Positions 38,561 through 51,229 of a DNA stretch of 64,000 nt are shown in pieces. A model generated the notes under the pieces. That model saw only the letters and a list, made by a program, of their open reading frames with translations. It did no database searches and was not told the origin of the DNA. The stretch comes from Malacoraja senta. Its lineage: Eukaryota. A program made the translations under genes and the position numbers. Numbering within the stretch: position 1 is the first letter of the stretch; each line of letters begins with the position of its first letter. The DNA is taken from contig CM075989.1 in NCBI GenBank assembly GCA_038087875.1, positions 4,216,001-4,280,000 on the forward strand, written 5' to 3'.

Positions 38561-39964
38561 ATGAAATAATAGAGAACATACAGATGCAGAATTTCACATA
38601 ACAGCATTGAGTCCAATGGTCACTGCAAACTTAACTTGCATCCAAAATACCGTAATCATTTCTGTTGTATAAAACTCTCCATCAAGAGTGCCAAACTGGG
38701 ATACTGCTGTAAACATTTGTCCCTTTGTTCCCAAGTAGTCTCTTTAAGCGGTGACGTGAATCACATTAAGGGGGAGAGAAAACATTTTTAGAAAAAATAA
38801 TTTATAAATTTTGAGACGAAAAATATTCATGGTTTCATTTCGGAAAACGTGGGTTGCTTCTGGTGGAAGAAACAATGACTGACTGTGAGGGTGAATTTTT
38901 TCCCTTCTTGTAGCCGGGAGAAGCAACGTTTTCAAAAGCGTTGGCCCTCATTTGAATGATCCTTGATTATATATGCAGAGTGTGTGAGCACTGTCTGGCT
39001 TTATATAATAACGGGCAAAGTTTGTGAGCAATTAGAGGCCAGAGTTAGGCTACACCCTTTGGCCGAGCCTTTCTGTGGCTCAGACAGGGCCTGGTTCAGA
39101 GACACTGCACTGTGCTGTTGCCAGGAGCAATATGCCTGGTCCTGTGCTATGCTGTGAAAAAGCAGGGCCTGTCAAACTGTCTGACTTCAGCCATAGCTGT
39201 GTCCCCACACAGCTGGGCTCACCACACCTCAGCCCTTGTTCAGAGCCTGGGAATGGCAAAGCCAGTGAGGTTCAAGGGCAGGCTTGACAATCATTAGTGA
39301 GAAGGGGCCCCCCCGTTCCCACTCTCTCTCTCTTTTCTCTATTGACACATTCATGGATGTCTTCAGAGCGGCCCACACTGATCCCTCTGAATTGATACCT
39401 CATCACACCTCATGCACGCATGCATAAGCATGGTGATTCAACACAGTGTTCTGAACAATGTCTCCCTGTGGCTATTCAGCGGCGAGGCCCTGCTCAGCTC
39501 CGAGTGTCTCCTCTGGTCTCTACAGACACTTCTCACTCTCTCTGTGTGACTGAGTATGCTGGCCATAGTGCCATGATTCTGTCCTGTATCTGCAGCACAT
39601 CAATGCATGCTCCCATTCCCTTTTGCCACCTTTGCAAATGGAGTCAGTGTGAAGATCCTTAAATGGATCAAAAATGGAACATTCTTCTTCACATTATAAG
39701 GCTTATTTAACGATTTCATTTCGGCTAACAGTGGGCTGGACCTGATCTCAAATGACATTACAGACAGCGATAAGGCACCATCATCTTATATCCCATGGGC
39801 AGGTCTTGACAAACCGACAACACAAACTTGACACCAGAAGGGAATAAAGTTAAATTTTAAAATAAGTCATGGATGTTGGAAACCTGGGAAAACCCCCCAG
39901 TAAATGAAAGAAAGATACAGTTTAAAAATCTACACTGAAAAGTGTACTATAATGGAAATACTTT

Positions 39965-40258
39965 GCATAGTGGCGCAGCGGTAGTGTTGAGCCTGACAGC
40001 GCCAGAGATGCAGGTTTGATCCTGACTACGGGTGCAGCCTGTACGGAGTTTGTACTTTATCCCTGTGAATGTTCTCTCCGAGTGCTCCGGTTTCCTCCCA
40101 CAGTCCAAAGATATACAGGTTTGTAGGTTAATTGATTTCTGGAAATTGTCCCTTGTGTGTAGGATAGTGCTGGTGTGCAAGGTGATCGTTGGTCTGTACG
40201 GACCTGCTGCGCCGAAGGGCCCGTTTCCACGTTATGTCTCTAAAGTCTAAAAGCTAAA
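39965..40258 (+). mobile_element. HE1-like V-SINE
   Basis: Consensus match. Confidence 0.85.
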
Positions 40259-40728
40259 GTAATATATCACGGCACACAATAAATGATTAAAGTTATCGGA
40301 AACAGTCAAGTCAGGGATATTACTGGGTTTTTAATGCACCCTCACAAATCTAGAAATTAGATGCCCATTGTAAGTGCTATAACTGCGCCAGCTCATTTCG
40401 CGACTGTTCACGGTACTTTTTGTCGAACAGCTTAACTAGAAAGACCTTGTGGACGGGCAGTATATCAAAAAAGAAAAATAGGAACAAAGATGGAAGATTT
40501 TAATGCCATCCATTGTTGTGGAAGTAAGCTGACGCCAAAAATGTCATTCTGCACAATTAGAACAATCTGAAAAACAGTGTTGTTTACCCGTGGAAACATT
40601 TATGCAATCCAGGTATATACCTGGGGGATATCATACCTGTGAGACCAGCAGATACAACCTTGGTGATTTGGCAACAGGATGTGTAGTTCAAATTTAAAAC
40701 AAAGCCTTTGTTTACTGATCTTTTAAAA

Positions 40729-41352
40729 TTTAGTTAAGTTTAGTGATACAACTTGGAAACGCCATTTGGCCCACTGAGCCCACACCGATCATCAATCACC
40801 CGCTCACACTAGTTCCATGTTATCCCACTTTCTCATCCACTCCCTACACACTAGGGGCAATTTACAGAGGCCAATTACCTACAAATCCGTATGTCTTTGG
40901 GATGTGAGAGGGAACTGGTTTAGTTTAGTTTAGTTTAGAGCTACAGCATGGAAACAGGCCCTTCGGCCCAACGGGTCCGCACCAACCAGCGATCCCCGCA
41001 CATTAATACTATCCTACACCCACTAGGGACAATTTTTATATTTACCAAGCCAATTAACCTACAAACCTGTATGTCTTTGGAATGTGGGAGGAAACTGAAG
41101 ATCTCGGAGAAAACCCACGCAGATCACGGGGAGAACGTAAAACTCCGTACAGACAGCACCCGTAGTCGGGATCGACCCCGGGCCTCCGGCGCTGCATTTG
41201 CTGTAAGGCAGCAACTCTACCGCTGTGCCACCGTGGCTGCCCAAAGGAAACCCAAGTGGTTACAGAGAGAATATGCAATCTCCACACAGACGGGATTGAA
41301 CCCGGGTCTCTGGTGCTTTGAGGCAGCAGCTCTACCAGCTGCGCCACTGTGC
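40729..41352 (-). mobile_element. Nested V-SINEs (younger copy at about 40918-41236 inside an older copy)
   Basis: The older copy resumes after the insert. Confidence 0.8.
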
Positions 41353-42781
41353 TAACCTATCGGCTGACGTGCATTACAATGTTTAGGTTAATACAATGTA
41401 ATGTGCATTGGTTATTCTGAAGAATTTATTAAATTATTAAATCTCTTGTCACACTAGGCGATTGTCACAACTGTTGTGAGTTTCTGGGTTAATGTTTTAA
41501 TCATTGAAAGATTCTGGCAGGCAGTCAGTGGAGGATAACTGGAGGTTGAAAGAACATCAAAGTATGTAAAGAAAAATGTCTGAGCAGGGTGAAGGACCAA
41601 AATGGGCCTCCTAAATTATTATTAAACACGTTAAAGAAAGTGTGCGTGCAGGTACATAATATGCATCTGTTTAAAATGCCCTCACATTGCCGTTCGATTT
41701 AAGCCCCTTTGCCTTCCTTGGAGGGGAAAGACTTGCGTGTTTATGCTCTCTGTCATACTCTCAATGTATTTAACTTCCTGTGAAATACTACTGATATGTA
41801 GTAGGAAGGAATTGCAACTGCGGTTTATACCGAAGATAGACACAACATGCTGGAGTAACTCAACGGGCCTGAAGAAAAAGAATAGGTGAAGCTTCGGGAC
41901 GAGACCCTACATATAGCAACTGTTGGACTGTAGGAAATATTCCCGTCAATTTACACACGGAGCTGGACATTTTCTCGTGTGGAACATAACGTGCCTGAGC
42001 AACTCTGCAGGCCAGGCAACATCTGTGGAGGACATGGATAGGCGATGTTTTGGGTCAAGAGCCTTCATGAACTTTGCTCCAGAGATGCTGCCTGAGTTGC
42101 TGAGTTACTCCAGCACTTTGTGTTCTACACAAGATTCCAGCATCTGCAGTTCCTTGTGTCTCCTCTGGACTTTTTTTTCTGGATAACTTAAAGATCAATT
42201 CAAACATAAGGAAGGTAAGAAATTTTAAAGACCTGAAAGATCTAAAATAACACTGGTTGGCTAGGATCAGAGAAAGAAATGTCTTGACATATTTTTTCCA
42301 AATTTGCTTCCTTTTTCAATAGTTGTATTGCCTATTGGGTCGTTGTATGTCTATTCTGTGCTAAAGTTGCCCACATTTGAGGGACAGGCTTGATAGACCA
42401 AAGGATGATCTTAGCAGTTTAAAATTATTTGTCAATTGTGTTGATCAGAAGTAAGCAATTTTAAAAGATAAAAGGACACAAAGTGCTGGGGTAACTCAGC
42501 AGGTCAAGCAGCATCTCTGGAGAACATGGATAGGTGATGTTTCCTGTCAGGCCACGAAATGTCACCTATCCATGTTCTCCAGAGGTGCTGCCTGACCTGC
42601 TGAGTTACTCCAACACTTGTGTCTTTGAGTGTATTAAAGTTCCTCGCTTCTACAATTTAAAAACATAATATTTCTCTTAAATACACTCAGGGATATATTT
42701 GCCGATTTGCAAAGTTTTGATATTTTGCTAGAGTACTTCCGTTCTTATTCTTCTGATTATCCACCGTAATTTCAGCAGTAG

Positions 42782-43395
42782 CAGTTCAGTGGTGCAGCTG
42801 GTAGAGCTGCTGCCTCACAGCACCAGAGACCCGGGTTCGATCCTGACCTCAGCTGCTGTCCATGTGCAGTTTGTACGTTCTCCCTGTGACAGTATGTGTT
42901 TCCTCCAGTATCCAAAATATGTGCAGGATTGTAGGTTAATTGGGCTCTGTAAATTGCCACTAGAGTGTAGGTAGCGGAAGCGAAAGTGGGATAACATAGA
43001 ACTACAATTTGGGGCGGCATGGTGGTGCAGCGGTAGAGTTACTGCCTTACGGTGCCAGAGACCCGGGTTTGATCCTGACCTCAGGTGCTGTCTGTATGGA
43101 TTTTGTACGTTATCCCCGTGACTGCGTGGATTTTACCTGGGTGCTCCGCTTTCCTGCCACACTCCAAAGACATACAGGTTTGTAGGTTAATTGGCTTTGG
43201 TAAAAATTGTAGACTGTCCTTAGTGTGTAGGATGGTGCGGGTGTACGGAAATCACTGTTCGGCGTGGTCTCGGTGGGCCGAAGAGCTTGTTTCCACGCCG
43301 TTTTCTAAACTATACTGAACTAAACTAGCGTGAACAGGTGATCGATGGTCAACGTGGACCTGGTGAGTCAAAAGGCCTGTTTCCATGCTGTAAAT
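42782..43395 (+). mobile_element. Nested V-SINEs (younger copy at about 43011-43327 inside an older copy)
   Basis: The older copy resumes at 'gcgtgaacaggtgatcgatggtc'. Confidence 0.8.
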
Positions 43396-43536
43396 TAAGT
43401 ACTTTTCTTCCAGTAAGCAAACTAAAACACCAACAAATACTGGTGTCTCCTATCAATGTGTGTGCAGGGCGTACTCAACCCTTTCACTAGTGACATTGAT
43501 AAGCGGTGAAACCACTGCCATTTTGGAGAAGCAGCA

Positions 43537-44178
43537 AACATAGAAACATAGACAATAGGTGCAGGAGTAGGCCATTCGGCCTTCGAGCGAGCACCGCCAA
43601 TCAATATGTTCATGGCTGATCAACCAGAATCAGTATCCAGCTCTTGCTTTCTCCCCATTTCCCTTGATTTATTAATGTTTCATTATTAATGTTTAATGTT
43701 TTATGTGTCATTCCTAACTGCCACTGTATGTCATGTTGTCACTTGCGGGCAGAGCACCAAGGCAAGTTCCTTGTATGTGAATACTTGGCCAATAAAATTA
43801 TTCATTCATTCTGTTAGCTATATCCAACTATCTCTTGAATACATCCAGTGAATTGGCCTACACTGCCTTCTGTGGCAGCTAATTCCACAAATTTACAACT
43901 CTCTGGGTGAAAACATTTTTCCTCATCTCTGTCCTAAATGGCCTACCCCTTATTCTTAAACTGTGACACCTGGTTCTGGACTCCCCCAACATGGGGAACA
44001 TTTTTCCTGCATCTAGCCTGTCCAATCCCTTAAGAATTTTACATGTTTCCATAAGATCCCCTCTCATCTTTCTAAATTCCAGTGAATATAAGCCCAGTCG
44101 ACCCATTCTTTCATCATATGTCAGTCCCGCCATCCCGGGAATTAACATGGTGAAACTACTCCGCACTCCCACAATAGC
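43537..44178 (-). mobile_element. CR1/HER1-type 3' fragment with an insert at about 43670-43810
   Basis: Peptide LIPGMAGLTYDERMGRLGLYSLEFRKMRGDL..FTQRVVNLWN. Confidence 0.9.
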
Positions 44179-47100
44179 AAAGCAAAGGGCAACTGGTGGC
44201 TCCAGCAAGTCAGTAGATGGAGAAAGAAAACAAGGAGATTAAATATGGGATATTAGCCATTCAGCCCCTCAAACCTGCTTTCACATTCAAATAGACCAGA
44301 TCTGTGAACCAAAATTCCACCTTCGCCCCATGTGTTGGGAAATGTTAATATGAACAAAAACCAAATAATCTTGAGAGCTCCAAAGCCCCAATTGCCTCAC
44401 GATCCATAGTCTTTTGCTGAAGAACAGTTGCTTTTATTGGTCACAAAGTTGTTTCTTGGCTTCTCTTCTGAATTGCCATCCAATTCTGTGTCATGTTTAG
44501 TATTTCTCCACCAGAGGAACAAGTTCCATGTATCCAACATTAAGGACCAGGTGGGCAATTTGCTAGAGTCCATAATGGCCACTTTTACTGAAGTCACCTG
44601 CTGCCCGCCCTGTTTTGTTCTGGCCTTTTCTATCTGACCCGAAACATCACATATTCCTTTTCTCCAGATATGCTGCCTAACCCGCTGAGTTACTCCAGCA
44701 TTTTGTATCTTTCTTCGGAATAAATCAGCATCTGCTGTTCGTTCCTACACATAGAATATGTTGATCATGTGAGATGAAGTAGGTTCGGAGGAGGCTTCTG
44801 AGAAGCATAAATTAATTAGGCCATAAAGTGTCTGTTGTTCCCTGGGTGTAGATTAATGTAACCCAGTCTCTTTATTTAACTCTTTCAAGCCCTGATATCA
44901 TATGTGGTGTAAATTAAAGGAAAGCAATGATGGAGACATATGGTTACATCCATACCATAGTGAATGCACTACGTCAGGATGGAGGAGCCTCTTGATGTTT
45001 TAACATTCAGTCATTGTTGACGTGTATTGACGTGATTTTGTGTAATTTAGTCAATTTGTTAACAAGTGAGGAAAGGCTTGTTAAAAACAGTTCTGTGAAG
45101 ACTGCGCCCCTAATTAAGGAAGACACAGAGCTCAGCGGGTTGGGCAGCATCTTAGGAGAACATGAATAGGTGACGATTTCTGTCGGGATCCTTTTTCAGA
45201 CCTGAAACATCACCTATCCATGTTCTCCTGAGATGCTGTCTGAGCTGCTGAGTTAGTACAGCATTCTGTGTCTTCGTTCGGATACCAGCATCTGCAGTTC
45301 CTTATTTCTACATAAGAGGTTTCTGCCTTTAATTAATCTATATATAATGACTCTGGCGTTGGTATTTGAATGCATAAAATTGAGCTGGAAATGATGACTA
45401 GCTCGTTGCAAAGGAGATGCAAGTATGAAATTTTCCTGAATTATACATTGCTTTAAATAGATGAACAGATTATTTGGGAAAAAAATTACTTCATAATCTT
45501 GTACAAGGTACCTGAGGTACATTTACCATCTATATTTTTAATTTAAAAATCTCTTTGCAATCCCACGCTGCCTATAAATATGATGGTCTGTTGCCGTGAC
45601 TACTTCATGTTCAAATTATAGAGAATTTCTGCTGTGCAACGTTAAATATCTATCTGTCTAATACACCTTAAGCGTGTTGGTAGTGTTAGCTCAAAAAGGT
45701 TAAATAAAGGGTACAGATTTGGTTTCAGTAATTTATCCACCCACACCTATCCAAGTACGTTACATATACAGTGCCTTTGTGGGAATGTAAAGTTCCAGTC
45801 TCTTAATACGGGACCAAGCTTTTATCCTTCAATTTTTATAATAGTTGTTGTGCAGACGGATGCTCAGTAAATGAGGTGGATGGATTAGTGCAAACAGTTT
45901 GTGGGGAGGGGTGGGCAGTGGTTGGGAGAGTGTGATTGTATCTCATTGAAGTCCCACTGCTGGAAATCAAAGACACGTATTGGCATGAGCAGCATAGCTT
46001 GCATTGAGCTGGAATTGAACTAGATTAACAATTGACAAAAACCCATTGTTGCGGAGAGGGACCAAGGGCAAGCTGATGGATAGCCAAAAATGTCCTTGCA
46101 TTCTAAGGAGATAAACTTAACCAGAAATGTATTCTGATTATTAATCGCTTCTCCCACCTTTCCAACCAACCACCATCACCATCTCATTACTTATGGTTTC
46201 AATAGACAATAGACAATAGATGCAGGAGTAGGCCATTCGGCCCTTCGAGCCAGCACCATCATTCAATGTGTTCATGGCTGATCATCCACAATCAGTACCC
46301 TGTTTCAGGCATTTTGCAGATGGGGAACAAAGGGATAAAAGTAAAATTACCTGTCTGAGTTACATGTGAGGAGAAAAATACTTTATCTTTGCAATGTCCT
46401 TAGAGCAAGCATCGTTAACTGTTCCAATTTAACAGACTGTTAATAATTATGTTCCACTTTTCATACACACAAAGTGCTGGAGTAACTCAGAGGGTCAGGC
46501 AGCATCTGCGGAGAAAAAGAATGGGTGACGTTTTGGGTTGGGATCCTTCTTCCAGTTGGCAGGAATCACAGAAGGGGAGCAGTGAGGGAGGGTGTTGGAG
46601 AACTGTCAGAGAGAGGAGAACTTCTTCATAGTAGGTATACCTTGAGGAGATTTAGCAGTGGAGCAGACAGAATGTGGAAACAAAGAACTGCAGATGCTGG
46701 TTTATACCAAAGATAGACACAAAGTATCTGAAGAAGGGTCCCGAACTGAAACCATGTCGCCCATCCTTGTTCTCCAGATGTGCTGCCTGACCCGCTGAGT
46801 TACTCCAGCACTTTGTGTCTATCTTTGATTTAAACCAGCATCTGCAGTTCTTGGATAGAAACAAATTGCTGAAGTAACTCAGCGGGAAAGGCAGAATCTC
46901 CGGATAGGAGGAATAGATGACATTTCGGTTCGAGACCCTTCGTCAGACTGAGAGTCAGGGGAGAGGGAAATGTGAGCCGAAAGGCCACCCATTCCTTCTC
47001 TCCAGAGATGCTGCCTATCTCGCTGAATTACTCCAGCAATTTGTGTCTATCATTGGTGTAAACCAGCATCTGCAGTTCCTTCCCACATTTTATCGGCAGT

Positions 47101-47714
47101 TCTTTGTTTCTACACAATATTTCACTTGTCACTTGGAGAAGGACTGACTTTATGGTCAAGTAGCTTCCGTAATGTAATGGTGGCCTTCACTTTTGCGAAC
47201 GCCTCTAAGTAGATTACATGTGGCTTCATCCAAATGATGGTGATATGGTCTCATGTCTTTTCCAGGGATAAATGTGGCCTCCTATATGTGAGTGAGGAGT
47301 TGATATCTCAAGCAATTCTTTTCACAGTCTGCACGCAGATATTTAAAAAATAATCCTGTAATGAGTGATGGATGATTTCTCAAGAAGAACTGCTTCCAGA
47401 CACAAGCAACTGCTGATGCTGGTTTACCAAAAAGGACACAGAGTGCTGGAGTAACTCGGCAGGTCAGGCAGCCTCTCTGGACAACCTGGTTAGGCAAAGT
47501 TTCAGGTTGGGACCCTTTTGCGGCTGTTAGTGGCCAATGGAATTGTTTCCTTTAATTTGTCACCTTTACAAACAGCAGTTGCTTTCCTAATGCAAAACTT
47601 TCTACTTTCTATAGTAAATTTATGTCAGACTGCATGAGAAAGGCAATTGAAAAACTATTTAGAATAGATACATCTATTTAGCAAACAAAGGCATTCATGA
47701 AACCCTAGTACTGA

Positions 47715-47995
47715 TTTAGTTTAGTTTAGAGATACAGCATGGAAACAGGCTCTTTGGCCCATCGAGTCTACGCCAACCATCGATCACCTGTTCACACTTG
47801 TTCCCAGTTTCTCATCCACTCCCTCCAACTGGCAGCAATTTGCAGAAGGCCTATTAACGTACAATCCCGCGCATCTTTGGGATGTGGGAGGTATCCTTTG
47901 CGGTTCGTAGGGATAAAGTGCAAACTCCACACGGACAGCACCTGAGTTCAGGATCAAACCTGGGTCTCTGGCGCTGTGAGACAGCAACTCTACCA
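47715..47995 (-). mobile_element. HE1-like V-SINE
   Basis: Consensus match. Confidence 0.8.
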
Positions 47996-48147
47996 GAAGT
48001 TTTGTTTCCCTACCTTGAGTCATATTGCTGAATTAATCTGTCATGGACAAATTTGTATTGATGCTTCTTGGTGCAAAGCAATTAAAAAGGGGAATCACAG
48101 CAGTTCCAAAATTGCTGAATTTTCTGATTAAGCTAATTTCATCATCT

Positions 48148-48810
48148 AGTCAGTTGGTAGCACTTTTATCCCTCACTTAGAAGGAAATAAGTTCATATCT
48201 TCCCCCAGAGAGTACTGCATAAAAATTTATGTTGATATTTCAATGAGATACTGACAGAGAGCTATGCTCTCTTTAAACTGAGATTCTAAACTGAGATTTC
48301 ATTGACTCTGTTACGTGGACTCCATAGATCCCACCACTTTTCTAGAAGTACAGTAGTTATCCTTGATCATTTCTGCAAAAGCAGATTATCCGATCATTCT
48401 CATATTGCTCTCTACCAGAGCTGTTGTGTGCAAATTAGTTTTAGTTTAGTTTAGTTTAGTGTAAAGATACAGCGCGGATACAGGATACAGCTCACTGAGT
48501 CCACATAGACCGACACTCACCTGCATACTAGTTCTACCCTACACACTAGGGGCAATTTCCTGAAGCCAATTAACCTACAAACCTGCACATCTTTGGAGTG
48601 TGGGGGGAAACCGGAGCATCCGGCGAAACCCCACGCGGTCACAGAGAGAACGTGGAAACTCCGTACAGACAGCATTGAACCCAGGTCTCTGGTGCTGTAA
48701 GGTAGCAACACTACCGCTGCGCCACCGTGCCACCCTGTGTTTCTGAGTTTCCCATATTACAACAATGACTACTGCTTTAAAGTGCTTCATTATCCATAAA
48801 ACATTGCGAG
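48148..48810 (+). mobile_element. Ancient Deu-domain SINE fossil interrupted by a V-SINE (48437-48735, minus strand)
   Basis: 'cagttggtagcact', 'gtggac..agatccca', 'cagattatccgatcatt..attgct' and 'gtgtgcaaatt..attacaacaatgactac'. Confidence 0.55.
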
Positions 48811-48819
48811 ACTCTGCAA

Positions 48820-49050
48820 ACCCGGGTTCGATCCCGACTACAGATGCTGTCTGTACGGAGTTTCTACGTTCACCCCGAGTTTTCTCCGAGATCTTTGGTT
48901 TCCTCCCACACTCCAAAGACGTACAGGTTTATAGGTTAACTGTCTTGGTATAAATGTAAAATTGTCCCTAGAGTGTGTAGGGTAGCGTTAATGTGCGGGG
49001 ACTCAGTGGGCCAAAGGGGCCTGTTTCCGCGCTGTATCTCTGAACTAAAC
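48820..49050 (+). mobile_element. HE1-like V-SINE, 5'-truncated
   Basis: B-box, core and tail are present. Confidence 0.8.
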
Positions 49051-49627
49051 TATATAAATGGAAGTTATCCTCTACTCAATTTTCTTCCTGCATGATATCT
49101 ACTGAACCAATGCGATACTAGTAGATATTCTCTCTCTGCTCTTGACTAATGTGGTTGGTATTAGCTCTTTAACTCAGGAGGATGCTGGAATTATGCAGCA
49201 TATCAACCAACATCTGAAAGAGATAATATGACGTAATATTTTGAATGGGACACTTAATCAGAATTCAGATTGAATTTATGCTTCTCTCACTCTCTATCTG
49301 TTGTGACCAATTATATTTGCACTTGGAGAATTTATTCCCATCCCTCTGTGACATTTACAATTACCTGGGACTGCGATTAGAAGTATGAATTTATAAGAGT
49401 GAGAGCCCTCTGGTATATGTGAATAATTCTGTGAAGATGGTGGGTCAGCCTAACAAAACAGTGGATGAAGCATGTGTTACAAATACTGTAGATAAGTGGA
49501 GTAGAAATGCCAGGAACACATGCCAAACCTACTTCATTGGCAAGATGACTCGAGGCAACACGGGACAATTGTTAAGAAATGGCTGTGAAGGTTTTGTTGA
49601 GGACACAGAAGACATTCATGAAAAGGA

Positions 49628-49932
49628 TTCAGAGATACAGCGCAGAAACAGGCCCTTTTGGCCCACCGGGTCGGCGCCGTCCAGCGATCCCCGCACAGTA
49701 ACACTATCCTGTACGCACTAGGGATGATTTTTACATTTACCAAGCCAATTAACCTACATACCTGTAGGTCTTTGGAGTGTGGAAGGAAACCGATGATCTC
49801 GGAGAAAACCCATGCAGGTCACGGGGAGAACGTACAAACTTTGTACAGACAGCACCCTTAGTCGGGATCGAACCCGGGTCTCCGGCGCTGCATTCACTGG
49901 AAGACAGCAACTCTACCGCTGCGCCACCGTGG
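49628..49932 (-). mobile_element. HE1-like V-SINE
   Basis: Consensus match. Confidence 0.85.
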
Positions 49933-51229
49933 CGTAATGGAATGAGGGAGCATGGTAATGTTGAAAAGCAGGAGATGCTGGGGTCATCGGTAAATAAAAT
50001 GTAAAATGAGAGGTTAGGATTTGAAATGCAATGTGCGACATAGAGATAATTGCAGAGTCCGCAGCAGCACCTGTCGACAAAGTTTATTGATAGACGATAG
50101 ACATAAAAAGCTGGAGTAGCTCAGCGGGTCAGGCAGCATATCTGGAGGAAAGGAATAGATGATGTTTTGGGTCAAGACCCTTCTTCAGACTGAGAGTCAG
50201 GGGAGAGGGGACCGAGAGATATGTAAAGGTAAATAGAACAAATTACTGAGAGATATGCAAAAAGACAGATCAAAGCCAGCAACGATGATCATGGAAAGGT
50301 GGAGCCCACAATGGTCCATTGTTGGCTGTGGGGAAGGTGATAATGAGTTATACAAACAGTGAAACTCAGCAGGACGACAGTAAAACTAGTACAACAACTA
50401 GGGAGGGAGAGAGAGTGAGAGAGAGGGGATGCAAGGGTTAGTAGAAGTTCGAGAAATCACTTCTCTCATCGCTGGGTTGAAAGGTGCCCAAGCGATATTT
50501 GAGGTGCTGTTCCTCCAGTTTACATGTGGCCTCACTCTGTCAGTGGAGGAGGCCTAGGATAGAAAGATCAGTATGGGAATGGGAAGGGGAGTTAAAGTGT
50601 TTTATAACCAGGAGATCTGATGAAGATTTGAGCTGCATTCTAAATTACAGTCCATATTTGTTTGAGAGAATTGGGTCAAAATTGGAGATCTTGGAGCACT
50701 GTAATATCAGAGGAAGTTATCGGAGTAAAGAGGGAGGAAACCACAAAGGAATATCTTTTCCTATGCTTCCCATTTGATTTCAGCTTTGTGGCACAGTTGC
50801 TTGGTTAGTCTATTGATTGACATCCATCAACTCATTTTATACATGCTGTGTGTCTGATCATCTCTATGTGATATTTGAAAGCAGCATTGGTGAGCCACTA
50901 TTTTTGAGCAGAGGCCTGATCAGCCAAAGTGGTGAAGGTGAGGATTTCCTAATCTCGACGGTTGTTTCTTCTTTTTAAAAGTGAACAGTTCCAAAAACTC
51001 CTTTGACGGATTTAAGGCACAGTTAGGAAGATTTAAATGGGGAAATTGCAATGAGATGGTGTATGTAGGTGGAATACTCACCCTTCCATAATAACACCCG
51101 TAGTCAGGATTGAACTCAGGTCTCTGGCGCTGTAGGGCAGCAACTCTACCGCTGCGCCACCGTGTCGCCCGTATGTTGGTCATAGCCTGCACTCTAGAAG
51201 CTAGTTCCGAGGTCGCAGTGACTGAATGG

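Noticed and set aside
44515..44550. Possible 36-nt exon (RNKFHVSNIKDQ)
   Set aside because: Appears to lie in degraded antisense CR1 sequence, and the GTGGGC donor is weak.
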